Of a stretch of DNA of 64,000 nucleotides, positions 62,335 through 64,000 are shown piece after piece; the first letter of the stretch is position 1; each line of letters opens with the position of its first letter. The translations under genes were made by a program, and so were the position numbers. The stretch comes from Rhynchobatus australiae. Its lineage: Eukaryota. The notes under the pieces are model-generated. The model was given only the letters and a program-made list of their open reading frames with translations, ran no database searches and was not told the DNA's origin. The stretch lies in the NCBI GenBank assembly GCA_034780895.1, contig JAUZTB010000087.1, positions 38,946,026-39,010,025 of the forward strand, read 5' to 3'.

Positions 62335-63557
62335 GTAAGTTTAACTTTTAAGTACTCTTGTGTTTTGAAGCTGTTGTGACCAGCTTGAACATTTAATTTC
62401 ATTCAAAGCACACATGTGCAGCAGCTTATAAATAATGACCGTGCTTCAGTTTACTGATCTTTAAATCAGAAGTTGCACCGACTTCGTGAAATGGAGGTTA
62501 CCCTGTGGTTTAGTTCTCCAGATAACTAAACTGTGTGCACCTGGACGCTTTGCGTGCAGTTTACCTTCAGACTGGTGGAGTTGCTGTTCCCCCCNNNNNN
62601 NNNNNNNNNNNNNNNNNNNNNNNNNNNNNNNNNNNNNNNNNNNNNNNNNNNNNNNNNNNNNNNNNNNNNNNNNNNNNNNNNNNNNNNNNNNNNNCTTAAA
62701 ATGCCATTCCCATTCCTGTTACATTGCACCTTCGGAAATACACCATGGAAATCGATTTGATTGCAGATGCCGCTGCCGTGTAACACCTGGGGTCCATCCG
62801 AAAGCAGAGATTTACTTGCCTTCGTTCTCTCCTCGATGTTTCAAAGTTTACATTAAGCCAAATGATAAAAGGCTGTTTCCAAAACTACTCTCTTCTGGGC
62901 CTCTCGCAAAGGATGTTTGTTTGTTTATTTTCTTGATTCCTGCGAAATCAAATGGAAAGAATGCTAATCAGAAGTCCAGAAAATAAATTTCTGATGCTTT
63001 AAGTCACTACTGTAACAATCTGTGTAGTTTTGCTTGGATTGCAGTGAAGCATTGCACTGTGAGTCCTCTGCATGCCACGATTTTAATTGGTCTACGAAAC
63101 AAAAGCCCTCTCCTTTCATTTGCCCGGGGGGGGGGGGGAATCAGTAATAAAGACATTCGGGGATGAACTGACACATTGAAATCTCATTGCAGTGGCAAAT
63201 ACTTAAACCCTGGCTGCAAGTCCGAGTGGGATATCACTGCCGTTGTGTTGTTGCTGATGAGCTCATTCTGTTCGCCGTGAGCTGATCCCTGGGTTACTGA
63301 CTTGCCCGACCCACACCCAGGTGCGGCAGCAGCACGGCCTCAGCCAGCTGGGCCTGGTCCCATTTGCAGAGGGTTGCTCACCCACTCAGCTGTTCATGCT
63401 CAGTGTTATGCTGGCAGTAGGCATATATGTATTCTCAGGAATAGTATAGTTTGGTGGGGTTTTATTTTAGTCTATTGTAACATTTTTTAATGAGCCAAAA
63501 ACAAAATCCTCAGCAGAATTTTACAAGGAAATACAACAATCTGAGTGATAATTCTTT

Positions 63558-63905
63558 TTAATTCATGGCTGATAGGGCCAACATTTGTTGCCCTTCCCAA
63601 ATTGCTCATGAACTGGACCACTCTTTAGGCCATTAAAGTGTGCATCACGTTTGTGGGCTTTAGGTCACACATACAAGCCAGGATAACCAAGGGTGGTGAC
63701 TTCCTCCTTCCCCTGAAGGATATTACTGGACCAAATAGGTCTTTGCAACACACTGGTAGTTTTTTGGTCATCATTACTGCTGACTAGTTTCTTATTAATT
63801 TCAGATTATTAACTGACTTTAAATACCACAGCTGCTTATGGTGGAGTTTGAATTTAGTTTTCTACTTTGTTGCTCCAGTGACTTAATCACTTCACCACCA
63901 CCATA
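63558..63905 (-). mobile_element. tRNA-derived SINE (decayed) whose tail resembles the 3' end of the second LINE family
   Basis: Degenerate A box (GGTGGTGAAGTGATTAA) and B box (ATTCAAACTCC) on the minus strand; tail gccaacatttgttgcccttcccaaattg resembles 59660-59700. Confidence 0.5.
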
Positions 63906-64000
63906 CCCTAAGGTGCCAGGAGCGAACTTCATGATGGTCATTGTCAGTGAATGCAGGGAAAGTGTTGAAAGTAGGCTCATGTGGCGACCAGTTTAAAGAA

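Noticed and set aside
4421-62986. Long ORFs in the six-frame track containing X runs (e.g. 45220-45984, 47430-47987, 62486-62986)
   Set aside because: They are artefacts of translating through N gaps, not genes.
1-64000. Prokaryote-type systems (CRISPR arrays, operons, rRNA)
   Set aside because: The window is spliced vertebrate DNA; I saw no regularly spaced repeat-spacer arrays or rRNA-like sequence.

Overview
Vertebrate genomic DNA from a gappy draft assembly, with many 10-N and 100-N gaps, several flanked by duplicated sequence. The repeat content points to a cartilaginous fish (shark or ray). The + strand carries the 3' half of ABLIM3 (actin-binding LIM protein 3). I traced 14 coding exons from 1402 to the stop codon at 51606, encoding the dematin-like region, coiled coil and villin headpiece; the LIM-domain exons lie upstream of the window. 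Exon phases require one more short exon (E-Y-K-like) that probably sits in an N gap. At 62319-62334 there is a 16-nt first coding exon (MEKNS-V) consistent with the syntenic neighbour AFAP1L1. Introns and intergenic DNA contain CR1-type LINE fragments, including one long decayed copy with an esterase ORF1, a second LINE family, tRNA-derived V-SINEs with two different tails, and a Penelope-like repeat. That repeat carries a minimal hammerhead ribozyme motif, intact at 56041-56074 on the minus strand. Other points of interest are a twin-priming-like CR1 inversion, a GAG splice acceptor, and candidate poison or terminal microexons in ABLIM3. All gene and family assignments come from reading the sequence and recalled protein and repeat sequences; no searches were run.
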